The notes beneath the pieces were generated by a model that was given only the letters and a program-made list of their open reading frames with translations, searched no databases and was not told where the DNA came from. A program made the translations under genes and the position numbers. Positions 21,437-31,803 of a stretch of 42,898 nucleotides of DNA are shown here, piece after piece. Origin of the DNA: Nemertoderma westbladi (taxonomy: Eukaryota > Animalia > Xenacoelomorpha). The stretch lies in contig JAUCBJ010002189.1 in the NCBI GenBank assembly GCA_032718475.1, positions 1 through 42,898 on the forward strand, written 5' to 3'. Position 1 is the first letter of the stretch; the number at the start of each line of letters is the position of its first letter.

Positions 21437-21931
21437 CTAGCTGAAATCTCCCATAGTCCCATATAAGCTGTTTGTTCCTTTATATTTGCTTACAAAACCA
21501 ACAAAAGATGGGTTGGTTAAATTAACAACAGAATACTGACTTATTCTTTCGAGTGGTGGTGATAAAAATTCTAATATTTTTGTCTTACTCTGAAGCAATA
21601 AATTAATGAGTGATTTGTTTAGAATTTGACATTTGTCTTGCTTCTGAATATACACGTTTTCAGTAATAACACAGTTGGAAATATTTAAATTTCCTCTTAT
21701 AAATTCTATATTAGGATAAATATTACCTCTTGAAACTGATGATTCCTTTTGTCGGTTGATTAATATTTCTAAGGTGTCTAGAAGGTAGAGTGTATCCCGG
21801 TAAGAGAAGCATGTTGTTACATTGCTATCGCTTGAGTGTAATATAAAGTACTTGCCATAAACAATACTACAGGTATATTTATTACATGTAAATTTCCAAG
21901 TATTGTTTGAACTTTTTTTAAATAAATCCAT
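21437..21931 (-). CDS. Maverick orphan ORF (may be the 5' part of the same gene as 20886..21428)
   Basis: 164-aa ORF in AT-rich DNA, 8 bp from the next ORF, different frame. Confidence 0.5.
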   Translation of the reverse strand: MDLFKKSSNNTWKFTCNKYTCSIVYGKYFILHSSDSNVTTCFSYRDTLYLLDTLEILINRQKESSVSRGNIYPNIEFIRGNLNISNCVITENVYIQKQDKCQILNKSLINLLLQSKTKILEFLSPPLERISQYSVVNLTNPSFVGFVSKYKGTNSLYGTMGDFS

Positions 21932-22292
21932 AATTAGAATGAAAACTATTTTGAAAAATAAAAACTAAATAAATGATTATTAGAATGTAAAACTTCGGTT
22001 TATATGGTTGCTTTATTACGTGTACAGCTAAAATTATTACATTAGCGTGAGTTAGAGAGTGAAATAGCAGTAACGAGTAACAGATGCAACGTAAACAATG
22101 CTAGTCCTATCATTCTAACTTATATTCAACTTAGTTGACCGACCAGTCACATATATACAACGATAAAAGAAATAGATTATTATTAATAGTCGAATTAATG
22201 TATTCTATGCTATAGTAATTATGTTAAGGAACTAGAAGCTATTTATAAACATCTGCTACCAGTGTTGAAGATGAAGAATTCAATGGCTATGG

Positions 22293-22350
22293 TATAACTC
22301 AGTTATTTATTGCCTTTTTCTCTCGTGGTTGGATGGAAGAGTGAGTGGAG
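22293..22350. repeat. Extra direct copy of the inner end of the right TIR
   Basis: TATAACTCAG.TATTTAT.GCCTTTTTCTCTCG.GGTTGGATGGAAGAGTGAGTGG also at 22594-22650. Confidence 0.8.
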
Positions 22351-22593
22351 AATTGTGGTAAAACACTAGGGTACAGCAACGTGGACAAGTAGCGGGTGGG
22401 TGGGTGGATAGGAAATCATTGAGTTGACAACAATCAATCAATAACAAACAACACTAAAGAGAGAGAGAGGGAGAGAAAAAAGTGAAAGGAAGAGTAACCA
22501 TCATAGCTACGGTAGGTATACGATAGGATGGTTAGGTTAGGCTACGTACTGTACAGTACAATATCATATCATATCATCGATTGAATATTTTGT

Positions 22594-23127
22594 TATAACT
22601 CAGATATTTATCGCCTTTTTCTCTCGAGGTTGGATGGAAGAGTGAGTGGTGAGTTGTGAGGAGTTATAACAGTCCCGAGTTCGAACCCAGTTGAATATTT
22701 TGTTATCTGAAAAATTGCGAAATTAAATTTAGTTACTGGTGAAAAATAGTAGAAGTTACCTGTAGACACTCGTAGCACCTGTAAAATAAAGGTTGGTGAA
22801 TATGAAAATACTGGTTGGTGAAAAATAGCGATTTGAAAAATAATAGAAGTTACACCCGAAGTAGACACCCGAGCACCTGTAAAATAAAGACACGCGATTG
22901 GAGGAAGGAGTAGCATTGGGTGACTAATAACGCCTCTAGCGGAATAAGTGGGAACTTGAGAAGTTACCATGGTTACGGTTGAAATGCTGGCATCTGATTG
23001 GTTGAAATAATAACGACTACTGGTAAAGGTTGAAATGTTGGGTTCTGATTGGAGGAAGGAGTAGAAATGGATGGTAATGCTAGGCTATGGGTGACCTTGA
23101 GCCAGTGTCATACAATTGTATACTACT
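22594..23127 (-). repeat. Right TIR of Maverick
   Basis: Reverse complement of 2142-2756, lacking one ~94-bp unit. Confidence 0.93.
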
Positions 23128-23133
23128 CACTGC

Positions 23134-24460
23134 GTCAGCAACTCGGTTTGCTGCATAGAACTTGGTCGCAGCCGCTGCTTACCAGTAATGCTGCACATCT
23201 GCATCGGTACCCTGTCAGGCCATCGAGAACTATGTCTGTCACATTCGCTGCACCATCAATGGCGTTAAGAATATTCGCGGAGGTGCTGTATTTGCTAATA
23301 CCGCACCAAAGCTTATAATAGAATGCTCTAGTTCGGCGAACATGATCCAGCGTAGTAGTCTTACGGCGTCGTAGGCGTCTTCCTTTTGTACAAAAACCTC
23401 GCAGCCATATGTCACAGCTGGGTACACCACAGCTGTCCATAGACGTCTGGCTGACTCTAGGCTGAGATTGTTTATATCAATCCTCAGGGATAGGTTTATA
23501 CAACAGATAGGTATATTTTTTATATTGGTGATTATAATGAGCGCTGGGGCCGTTTTTCATTGAAAGAACAACCCCAAGATATTCAAAGCTGGTTTCAAAC
23601 TTTAATTGGATGACAGTTTGTTTGATGAGCAGTAGTCTTCTAGGATGTCTAAGGCATTCTTGACTTGCTCAATCGAGTATCCCGCAATGACAAGATCATC
23701 AGCATAGAGTAATATCATACAACCTGTTATGAGCAATACAGCCGGTAGAAGGTCAGATATGAATAAGCTAACTAACAATGGTGAAAGCTAATCTCCCTGG
23801 ACGAGGCCTATGCATTGCTGAATTGGTTCTAGAACGTAACTCCCAATAGCAATACAAACGAAATTTACCCCCAGCACCGGCCAGAGAGCAGCGGCGAATT
23901 TAGTGCTAACACCGAGGTTGTGAAGTTTGTTAATTAGATGAACCCGATGGACTGTGACGAATGCCTTCATAAAATCAGCAAAGACAAATAGACATGGCCA
24001 CCTGGTTCACTGTGGGCAGCTGCTATTGCTATTCTAGAATGCAGACTTTTAACCGCACCAATAGTTGATCTTCCACGACGAAAGCCATGCTGACAGTCAG
24101 GGATCTTTCCTAGCCTCTCCACCCAGCTGTAAAGCCGTGATGCCAGGAAGGCTGTATAAAATTTCAGTATACATGAAAGCAAAGCTATCCCTCGATATCG
24201 GTTCGGGTCGGATTTTGTGCCTTTCCCTTTGTAAAGAGGGATGATGTATGAGTAGCACCATGATTTCGGACAGGTGCCTAAGGAGAAACACATGCTGAAG
24301 AGTGTGAATAGGAATTGAAGGAGATGACCAAAGCCTTGTTTGGGTGCTTCATTGGACACACCATCTGGACCTGTCGATTTGTGGGACTTTTGGTTGGAAA
24401 CAGACACTGTCGCTTCCTCGGGAGTAATTGGGGCGTCCAAGTAATCATCCTTCTGTTCTG
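23134..24460 (-). mobile_element. Degenerate 5'-truncated non-LTR retrotransposon (RT domain), target of the Maverick insertion
   Basis: KSTGPDGV, IIPLYKGKG...YRGIALL, QHGFRRGRST, QGD, LYADDL (~23700). Confidence 0.9.
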
Positions 24461-24590
24461 AAAGATTAATTAAGTATGATTAATTAATTTAAGATAAATT
24501 AAAAATAACCTTTTATTATATATTTTAAGATCAATGCCTTTAATATAAATAATTAAAAATATATTTTAATATAATTAAATAAATATCCAG

Positions 24591-24887
24591 TGACTAAATA
24601 TATAAATACAATCATGTTTGGGCTTACCATCCTAATTTCGGCCAATGTGGTAGGCTTTTCGCTTGGTGGTATTTACATCAACAATTTCTGTACCAACCAG
24701 ACCCCATCTGGAGTTTCTACTAAAGCCACATCTTCCTACGACTGCAGCTTTGATTGCGAGAGGAATCATCAATGTCGGTCTTTCACCTTCACCGACAGAT
24801 GCCAGATATATGAAGAGGATTGTCTGGCAGATATGGTCAACTGGGATGTTGAAACTTTGGGGAGTCGATGGGTCAACAAGAACAAAG
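24591..24887 (+). CDS. Host gene exon: signal peptide plus PAN/Apple domain 1 (ATG at 24614)
   Basis: CAG acceptor at 24588-24590, GT donor at 24888; MFGLTILISANVVGFSLG; CSFDC.....CRSFTF...C; ends in phase 1. Confidence 0.75.
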
Positions 24888-25372
24888 GTTAAATGAATTA
24901 TTTAATTTAGAATATAACATATCGAATATATTGGTGTCCCATCAGTAGCATTTCATACATGATGATGCTTGCAATAGGGTGCAGAGCCAGCGAATTCACC
25001 AACATAGCGCCAACAGATCTCACGGACAGCCATTCACTTTCCCAGTGCATCCCTATTTTTTGACCTATCTAACCGGGGGGGGGGGGGGGGGGGGGGGGGT
25101 GGGGGGAATCTGCCCACACCATTATAAAAGCCGCTGGAATTTCTAATGGCTTAGAGATGTGGCCTTGAAACTTCTTAGCTTTTCCTCAAATTTATTCCTC
25201 ATTCGAATGAAAAAAAACCGTGACTCTAACCTTGTCCGTTTTTTTCATACAGGACCTTTCTCGCACCCATGTCAGGATTTTTGAAAAAATTAAAAATTAT
25301 AGAGAAAATTATAAAGTTTCCCAAAACATGTACCACTACGATGTACTACTGACTGACTGACTGACTGAATAC

Positions 25373-26965
25373 ATGCTGACTACTTCTGGACTTATATTGT
25401 TGGTACCGGTATATCAGCTAGTGCAATACTTTAATAGTAGGCGGAGGCCTGCAACTGGCAACGGCATAAGCTTGAGGAAAGGGAACGCAATAATGAATCC
25501 CGATGGTGTACTGCCACCGCGCCCACATAGCGGTCCGTGCGGAGTTCATGTGCTAAACGATATTCTAGCATATCTATGGTCGGGTCACCTTAAAGGATAT
25601 CATAGGGACAGTATTGTCTCAATAGCGTCAGTGTGGCCAAAGTTTACGGATCTCATGTTGAAGGAAGCCAAACAGGTTATATTAGGCTTAATACCCTCGA
25701 CAGATAAGGAAAAACAGAAGCAATCATTTGCTAAAAGTAGACAATCTGGTGAGTCATTACGTCGCAACCTGATTGGGGACATATTAGATATATTTGATTA
25801 TCAGCCGTTCATAGCTGGTAATAATGTCAGAGAGAATCGATCGATTTTTATTCCTTTTGATCTTACTATTCTACCTCCGTATTCATTGTCTCAGTCAGAT
25901 ACTGCAGTATTATTACAGAGAACTAGCTTTCTACAGGACCGCTTGGCGGTTCTCGAGGCAATATGTCTACCTTTTTGCTTGAACCAATTAGGTCTGGAAC
26001 AGGAGCCAAGTAAATTGACCCCAGGTGCTGAGCTGGTTGAATCAGTTGGGTTGGCGCTAAAGAGATCAACTGAAGTAATCGGTATCCCAGACTCTGGTGA
26101 CAGGGATAGGCCTATGATGACAAGAGAATTGCCAGTTCCTCCGGGTGGCGTGTGTGCATCAGCTGTTAACGGGTCTGGAAATGGCAGCAGTAGTTCTCAA
26201 CGCGGTGGGACCGCTATCGGCAATGACCTCAATCGCACCCGCTCGCGGCAGAGTTATTCAGAGGTGCTGGTCTCAGAACGCCGTCAAGGTCAACAGCAAT
26301 TCCGACAACAACGTATGGGTGGAGAGAACCGTAACCGCAACAGATACCAGGTTCTAGAGGGAACTGATGACGATATAGTTAGAGTTCGACATCGTGACAT
26401 ATCGGAGAGTGAGGTTGACTCGGTGGATGTTGGGTATACAAGAATGGGAGTAAAGGGTAAACCTGTAAAACCAGGTCGTGATCAACGGCAGGTTGGAAGA
26501 GCCTCCTACAAGCCTGAGAGACAGTTGTGGCGTGACAGGCGGTCTGAAGTCGTTAAAGGTAAATCTAGTGTGGCGGCCTTTCCGAGTTCGCGACCTTTTG
26601 CGAGGCTATTTCTTACTGGGTGTGGAGCTGATGTTGTACCTGCAACAATCATTGATTACATAAAGGTTGGGAAGGGGTATGACGTTAAATGTGAACTTAT
26701 CTCACAGTCGGGGTCTTGGTCTAGATCATTCCTTATAACATGTAAGGAGGAGGAACGTATGGAATTGATGGTTGGTGAATTTTGGCCTATGAACACGCAG
26801 ATAAGACCGTTTTATGGGAGAGCTAACTTTGGGAGTACACGGGCCGCAGGTACACTTGGAGGTTTAGAGCGTAATCCAGTCTCTCGAAGTCTGGGTATCG
26901 AGCCAGCAAGTCCGGGTGATGACGGGAGTAACAGGAGTGTGCAAGTGGACTGTGACAAGGAGTAA
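25373..26965 (+). CDS. LINE ORF1 protein
   Basis: 530-aa ORF ahead of ORF2; LNDILAY...EAKQ.I...DILDIF...LPP N-domain; LFLTG...SFLI...FWP...IRPF C-domain; true start may be the ATG at 25493. Confidence 0.8.
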   Translation: MLTTSGLILLVPVYQLVQYFNSRRRPATGNGISLRKGNAIMNPDGVLPPRPHSGPCGVHVLNDILAYLWSGHLKGYHRDSIVSIASVWPKFTDLMLKEAKQVILGLIPSTDKEKQKQSFAKSRQSGESLRRNLIGDILDIFDYQPFIAGNNVRENRSIFIPFDLTILPPYSLSQSDTAVLLQRTSFLQDRLAVLEAICLPFCLNQLGLEQEPSKLTPGAELVESVGLALKRSTEVIGIPDSGDRDRPMMTRELPVPPGGVCASAVNGSGNGSSSSQRGGTAIGNDLNRTRSRQSYSEVLVSERRQGQQQFRQQRMGGENRNRNRYQVLEGTDDDIVRVRHRDISESEVDSVDVGYTRMGVKGKPVKPGRDQRQVGRASYKPERQLWRDRRSEVVKGKSSVAAFPSSRPFARLFLTGCGADVVPATIIDYIKVGKGYDVKCELISQSGSWSRSFLITCKEEERMELMVGEFWPMNTQIRPFYGRANFGSTRAAGTLGGLERNPVSRSLGIEPASPGDDGSNRSVQVDCDKE

Positions 26966-27061
26966 GAGGGGTTTAATATATATTTTTCATTTTTGTATCA
27001 ATTATATTTTTTATAGAAATTTTATATATATATAGGTTTTGTAATTAATCACTAAATAATT

Positions 27062-29899
27062 ATGGCTGATACAAACATTAATCTGGTGTCCTACAACTGT
27101 AACTCTATACGTAGACCAGTTGCATTAAAGACCGTAACCGATATATGTACTAGTGGTATTAATATCGTCGCTCTACAGGAGCACATGTTGCCCTGTCAAG
27201 AATTAGGGTTTCTCGATACCATAGATGGCGACTACCTAAAATTTGGTATATCGCCTGTTAATTACTCGCACGGTCTACTTACGGGTAGGCCTTATGGAGG
27301 ACTGGGTTTCTTGTGGCATAAAAAGTTAGCGAAGGCGGTGGAGTGTGTGCCCTGTGGCGATGATAGAATGCTAGGATTAACTGTAAAGCTTGAAAATAAA
27401 CAGAGTTTATTCATTCTAAACGTTTATCTACCATATGAGAGCCCTGAAAATGATGAATTATTTTCGTCATGTTTAGGTAATATTAAAAGTATATATGAGT
27501 CTTGTTCATTTACTCACTTATGTATAATAGGTGACTTTAATGCCGATGTTAAGCGTGCTTATTTCCGTGAACTAAAAATGTGGTGCAATTTCAATCACAT
27601 AATTATTAGCGATGTTGATAGGCTACCTGCTTCGACATGTACATTTATAAGTGCAGCGCATAGCACTACTTCGTGGCTGGACCACATAATTTGTTCTACC
27701 ACATTAGACTCATATATATCACAGTTATCAGTTGGGTACCAGTACGCAATTGATGACCATACCCCGATTGGCTGTAGTTTCAGTCTTACTCCGATAATAA
27801 CCGAGTATACTCCTCCAGTTGGTGCTAAATCTGCTGTAGATTGTCCGCACTGGGAGACTATAAGTAAGGACCAGTTGAGTGAGTATAACAAAGTGGTCAA
27901 TGATATATTTAGTGAATCCCTTCTCAGTGAGGATTATTTAATTAATTGTGCTAATACATCGTGTACAAATTGTAGGGTGCAAATTGATTCATTATATGAT
28001 TCTATTATTGATGGCATAAAATTAGCTAGTAAAACGGTTTTTAAAAACAAAGTTAATGGAGGCCCTAAGATAAAACATGTTCCAGGATGGAACGATTATG
28101 TTAAGCAGGAATACCAAAAGTCAAGGGAGGCATTTTTATCCTGGCGATTGTCGGGATCTCACCGACAAGGCTATTTACACGAGCAGTACCTGCGAACCAA
28201 AGCAAATTTTAAGCGGGTTTTACGGGATTGCAAACGCAATGAAAATAAAAATAGAGATGACAGGCTTGCAGAATCCTTTATTACAGCGAGTTCTGGAAAA
28301 TTTGGAATTGGTCAGTTTTGGTCACAGGTACACAATCGTTGCTCAGTGCGCTCCACAGCCCCTAATAAGGTTGGTGACGCCTGTGGACCAGAAGAGATAA
28401 GCGAAATGTGGGGTGCGCATTTTGAAAAAATCTATAACTGTGTTAATGATGATTCTGATGCCATCTTTGTAGATGCAAAGTTAAATGATATTATTTTCAG
28501 TGATATTAATGTTAATTTAAATGATATATTTGACGCTCTACATAGCTTAAATCTAGGTAAAGCATGTGGTTCAGATGGGGTATCGGGTGAGCATTTTATT
28601 TTCGGATGTGGTCCTGGCCTATTAAAGAAATTACGTGTACTAATTAATGCTATATTTGTACATGGGTATCTACCAGTAAGGATGATGGATTGCATTATTA
28701 TACCGTTAGTTAAGGATAGAACCGGTGATATTACGTCAAAGGATAATTATCGGGGTATTTGTCTCTCTACTGTGCTTAGTAGAATTCTAGAATCCGTAAT
28801 GCTTAATATTTGTAGGGGTAAATTAAGGACGGTTGATAACCAGTTTGGTTTCAAGTGTAACTTAGGTACGGAGACGTGTATATATGCTTATAAGGAATTA
28901 ATAAATCATTATCTAACTCATGACTCTCCGGTGTATGTCTGTATGCTCGATGCCTCTAAGGCGTTCGACAGGGTAAACCACTATAAGTTATTTAGGAAAT
29001 TATTAGATAGAGGTGTTCCACGGTATTTGGTTAGGGTATTGTTATTTTGGTATAGAAATCAATCTATGTGTGTTAAATGGGACGGCATTTTATCTTCAAA
29101 GTTCAAAGTTACAAACTCGACAAAACAAGGCGGTATATTTTCTCCCGTGCTATTTATAATATATATTGACGATTTAAGTACTGAACTGACTAATACGGGA
29201 GTAGGGTGTTTTATTGACAATATTAGAGTAAATAATTTGTTATATGCAGACGATATGTGCTTGATTTCCAATTCAATTGTAGGGCTACAAATACTGATCG
29301 ATTCGGCGGTATCTTATGCCAATAGGAATTCAATTGTTTTTAATGTGAAGAAAAGTAAATGTATATATTACTTTCCGAGATCTAATAGGATAACTTCAAT
29401 TACAAATGTTTTCTTGTATGATAAACCAGTTGAAATTGTTGAGCAATTTTCATATTTAGGCCATATTCTACATTCTAGTACAGATGATGACATTGATATC
29501 AAGGCCCAAATGTGTTCCTTATATGCAAGAGCCAATATGTTAATGAGAAAGTTTGGAAATTGTTCCCGTGCAGTAAAAATATGCCTATTTAGAACTTTTT
29601 GTACGCCGATTTACTGTAATAGTTTATGGGCTAGAATGAACTACTCTGATTGTGTTTATAGAAAACTGAAAGTAGCGTACAATAATGCAATTCGTTTGTT
29701 TTTTCGGATATCTAGAGTTACTGATGACATACCAACGAGTATGTCATTAACATGTGGAGAATTAAATATACCTATGTTGATTCATATAACGTACAACAGC
29801 CTTTGTAGCCTTACCAAACGTCTAAACTGTACGGAGAATAGTATTTTGCGTACAATCCATAAAGAATGTCATCAGGATTCTATAATTTTTTGTGCATGA
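27062..29899 (+). CDS. LINE ORF2: APE endonuclease plus reverse transcriptase
   Basis: SYNCNS, LQEH, NVYLP, IGDFN, LDH, DDH; QFGF, DASKAFD, QGGIFSP, YADD, YLG. Confidence 0.96.
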   Translation: MADTNINLVSYNCNSIRRPVALKTVTDICTSGINIVALQEHMLPCQELGFLDTIDGDYLKFGISPVNYSHGLLTGRPYGGLGFLWHKKLAKAVECVPCGDDRMLGLTVKLENKQSLFILNVYLPYESPENDELFSSCLGNIKSIYESCSFTHLCIIGDFNADVKRAYFRELKMWCNFNHIIISDVDRLPASTCTFISAAHSTTSWLDHIICSTTLDSYISQLSVGYQYAIDDHTPIGCSFSLTPIITEYTPPVGAKSAVDCPHWETISKDQLSEYNKVVNDIFSESLLSEDYLINCANTSCTNCRVQIDSLYDSIIDGIKLASKTVFKNKVNGGPKIKHVPGWNDYVKQEYQKSREAFLSWRLSGSHRQGYLHEQYLRTKANFKRVLRDCKRNENKNRDDRLAESFITASSGKFGIGQFWSQVHNRCSVRSTAPNKVGDACGPEEISEMWGAHFEKIYNCVNDDSDAIFVDAKLNDIIFSDINVNLNDIFDALHSLNLGKACGSDGVSGEHFIFGCGPGLLKKLRVLINAIFVHGYLPVRMMDCIIIPLVKDRTGDITSKDNYRGICLSTVLSRILESVMLNICRGKLRTVDNQFGFKCNLGTETCIYAYKELINHYLTHDSPVYVCMLDASKAFDRVNHYKLFRKLLDRGVPRYLVRVLLFWYRNQSMCVKWDGILSSKFKVTNSTKQGGIFSPVLFIIYIDDLSTELTNTGVGCFIDNIRVNNLLYADDMCLISNSIVGLQILIDSAVSYANRNSIVFNVKKSKCIYYFPRSNRITSITNVFLYDKPVEIVEQFSYLGHILHSSTDDDIDIKAQMCSLYARANMLMRKFGNCSRAVKICLFRTFCTPIYCNSLWARMNYSDCVYRKLKVAYNNAIRLFFRISRVTDDIPTSMSLTCGELNIPMLIHITYNSLCSLTKRLNCTENSILRTIHKECHQDSIIFCA

Positions 29900-30067
29900 T
29901 TAAATATTGTACTTAAGGGAAGATATATTCTTTTGTTCTGCTGTGCTATTACATAAAACTGTATTTTGTTTATTTTACGTACCGGTACCCGTTTTGTCTT
30001 TTTTCTTTGCCATAACTAAATATTTTATGGGCCTAGGCCTGGATTAAAGATTAAAGAACTAAAGAAT

Positions 30068-31730
30068 GACAGGGTATTGCCTGATAACTTTATAGAAGTA
30101 AAAGTGTCTGAGTCTGTACTCCCAGATATTCCCATTGGCGATATCTCCTTTGCAGAAGTGAAGGCTGCTGCAAAGAGCATTTAGACCAATCGTGCCAGTG
30201 GAGTAGGATGGTGTTCCCCCTGAGGTCTTTAAAATACCTGAGTGTCTAAAGCTCATCTATCCCATCATAGTAGACATGTACCGAACAACAAGAGTCCCAC
30301 AAGAAATGAAAACAAATAAGTTGGTGCCAGTTCCCAAGAAGGGCAACCTAACACTCTATGGTTCTTTTCGGGGAATCTCATTGATCTCGATTGCTGCAAA
30401 GCTATACAATAGGATTCTATTAAATCGCATCAGGGATCCCATTGAGAGACTGCTCCGTGGAAATCAGAATGGGTTCCGTAAAGGTCGTGGGACCATGGAG
30501 CCCATTTTGGCACTTAGAAGGATAATTGAAGAGTTATCAAAAAAGAAAGACAGGCATCTGGCTGTTATCTTTGTTGACTTCTTCAAGGCCTTTGATTCAG
30601 TCTCTCGCTCACGTATGTTCAGCATACTTTCATTATATGGGATTCCTGATGAAATTATTGCAGCAATCAGATCAGTATACGATGGTTCGACAACATTTGT
30701 GTCTACTGTTGACGGTGACACAGAACCATTTGAAGTGTTATGGGGCGTCCTCCAAGGAGACACACTTGCACCATTCTTGTTCATTATTGTGGTTGACTAT
30801 GTTCTACGCATGTCCTTAGATCATTATAATGATGATGGGGTGATGATAACTCCACCTACTGGCTCCAGAAGTCGAGGAAATCCTGCCAAGTACCTAACTG
30901 ATCTAGACTTTGCTGATGACTTAGGAGTACTATCAGAATCATTAGAGGGAGCCCAACGGCTCCTCAGCTCATTAGAACATGCTGCTTCTAGTGTTGGTCT
31001 TTTTATTAACTCCAGAAAGATCAAAATTCTGACAGTTAACTTTGAAAGTCCTCAGCAAGTCTTTGATCGGATGAGCATAAGCTCAAAGGATGGTATGCTT
31101 GAGCATGTGGACGACTTCTGTTACCTGGGATCATGGATCCGGAAGTCAGGTGAGGACCTTCGAATACGTAAGGGAAAGGCATGGGCAGCCTTGAATAGGC
31201 TTTCCAGGATTTGGAAGTCACCGAGAATTAATCGGAAACTTAAGGTCCGATTATTTAGAGCAGCAGTAGTTCCAGTACTCCTCTACGGGAGTCCATGCTG
31301 GGCTCTAACTGCTGAGGACACCAAATCTCTGGATGGCACATTCACAAGAATGCTACGGCGGGTTCATTGTGTCAAGTACAATGCACACATCTCCAACCAG
31401 ACACTATATAACATTGGAGGTGTCTCATTGGTTCCCCCAAGCTTGACACTAGAACAAAATCGCCTCCGCTTTGCAGGACATTGCTTTCGCCGTGAGGACC
31501 AGCCAGTGCATAATCTTGTACTTTGGCAGCCTCATGGAGTGAATAAGCATGGTGGACAGCCCATGACTTTCTTGAGACGCATCTTAAAGGACACTGGCCT
31601 TAAAGATGCGGATGATCTAGCAAATGTCATGGGTGATAGGGAGTTGTGGCGGTGCAATTTTGTTGACAAGCCGGCACAGCATTCTTAAAAATGCAGCTGC
31701 AATGCAGTATGCCGATCATAGTAAGTAGTA
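30068..31730 (+). mobile_element. 5'-truncated RTE-clade LINE (RT ORF 30276..31688)
   Basis: QNGFRKGR, DFFKAFDS, QGDTLAPFLF, FADD, YLGS, RLRFAGHC.R...LVLWQP; AGTAAGTAGTA tail. Confidence 0.92.
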
Positions 31731-31803
31731 TGCAGTGCATGGTACCTGGTCACAAGGACTATGCTACTACTGTACTATTGAATTGGCAGGGTTATTCTTC
31801 CGG

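Larger units (their letters stand above)
2142..23127. mobile_element. Maverick/Polinton (adintovirus-like) endogenous viral element, 20,986 bp, degenerate
   Basis: Starts AGTAGT, ends ACTACT; long TIRs; 6-bp TSD CACTGC (2136-2141, 23128-23133); encodes pPolB, integrase, ATPase, protease, major and minor capsid. Confidence 0.97.
25370..30067 (+). mobile_element. Apparently full-length two-ORF non-LTR retrotransposon (Proto2/RTE-X-like; clade uncertain)
   Basis: Intact ORF1 and ORF2, (ACTG)n just upstream, short TAAAGA-type repeats at the 3' end. Confidence 0.88.

Noticed and set aside
22608-22970. 120-aa ORF in the right TIR
   Set aside because: Not open in the left TIR (stop near 2422) and built from repeat units.
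25060-25330. Possible DNA-transposon end with poly-G tract
   Set aside because: No matching second end or TSD found; poly-G/C runs here and at ~430, ~41235, ~42045 and ~42866 are too uninformative to call.
27595-31221. Antisense and alternate-frame ORFs over RT genes
   Set aside because: Shadow ORFs of LINE coding regions.
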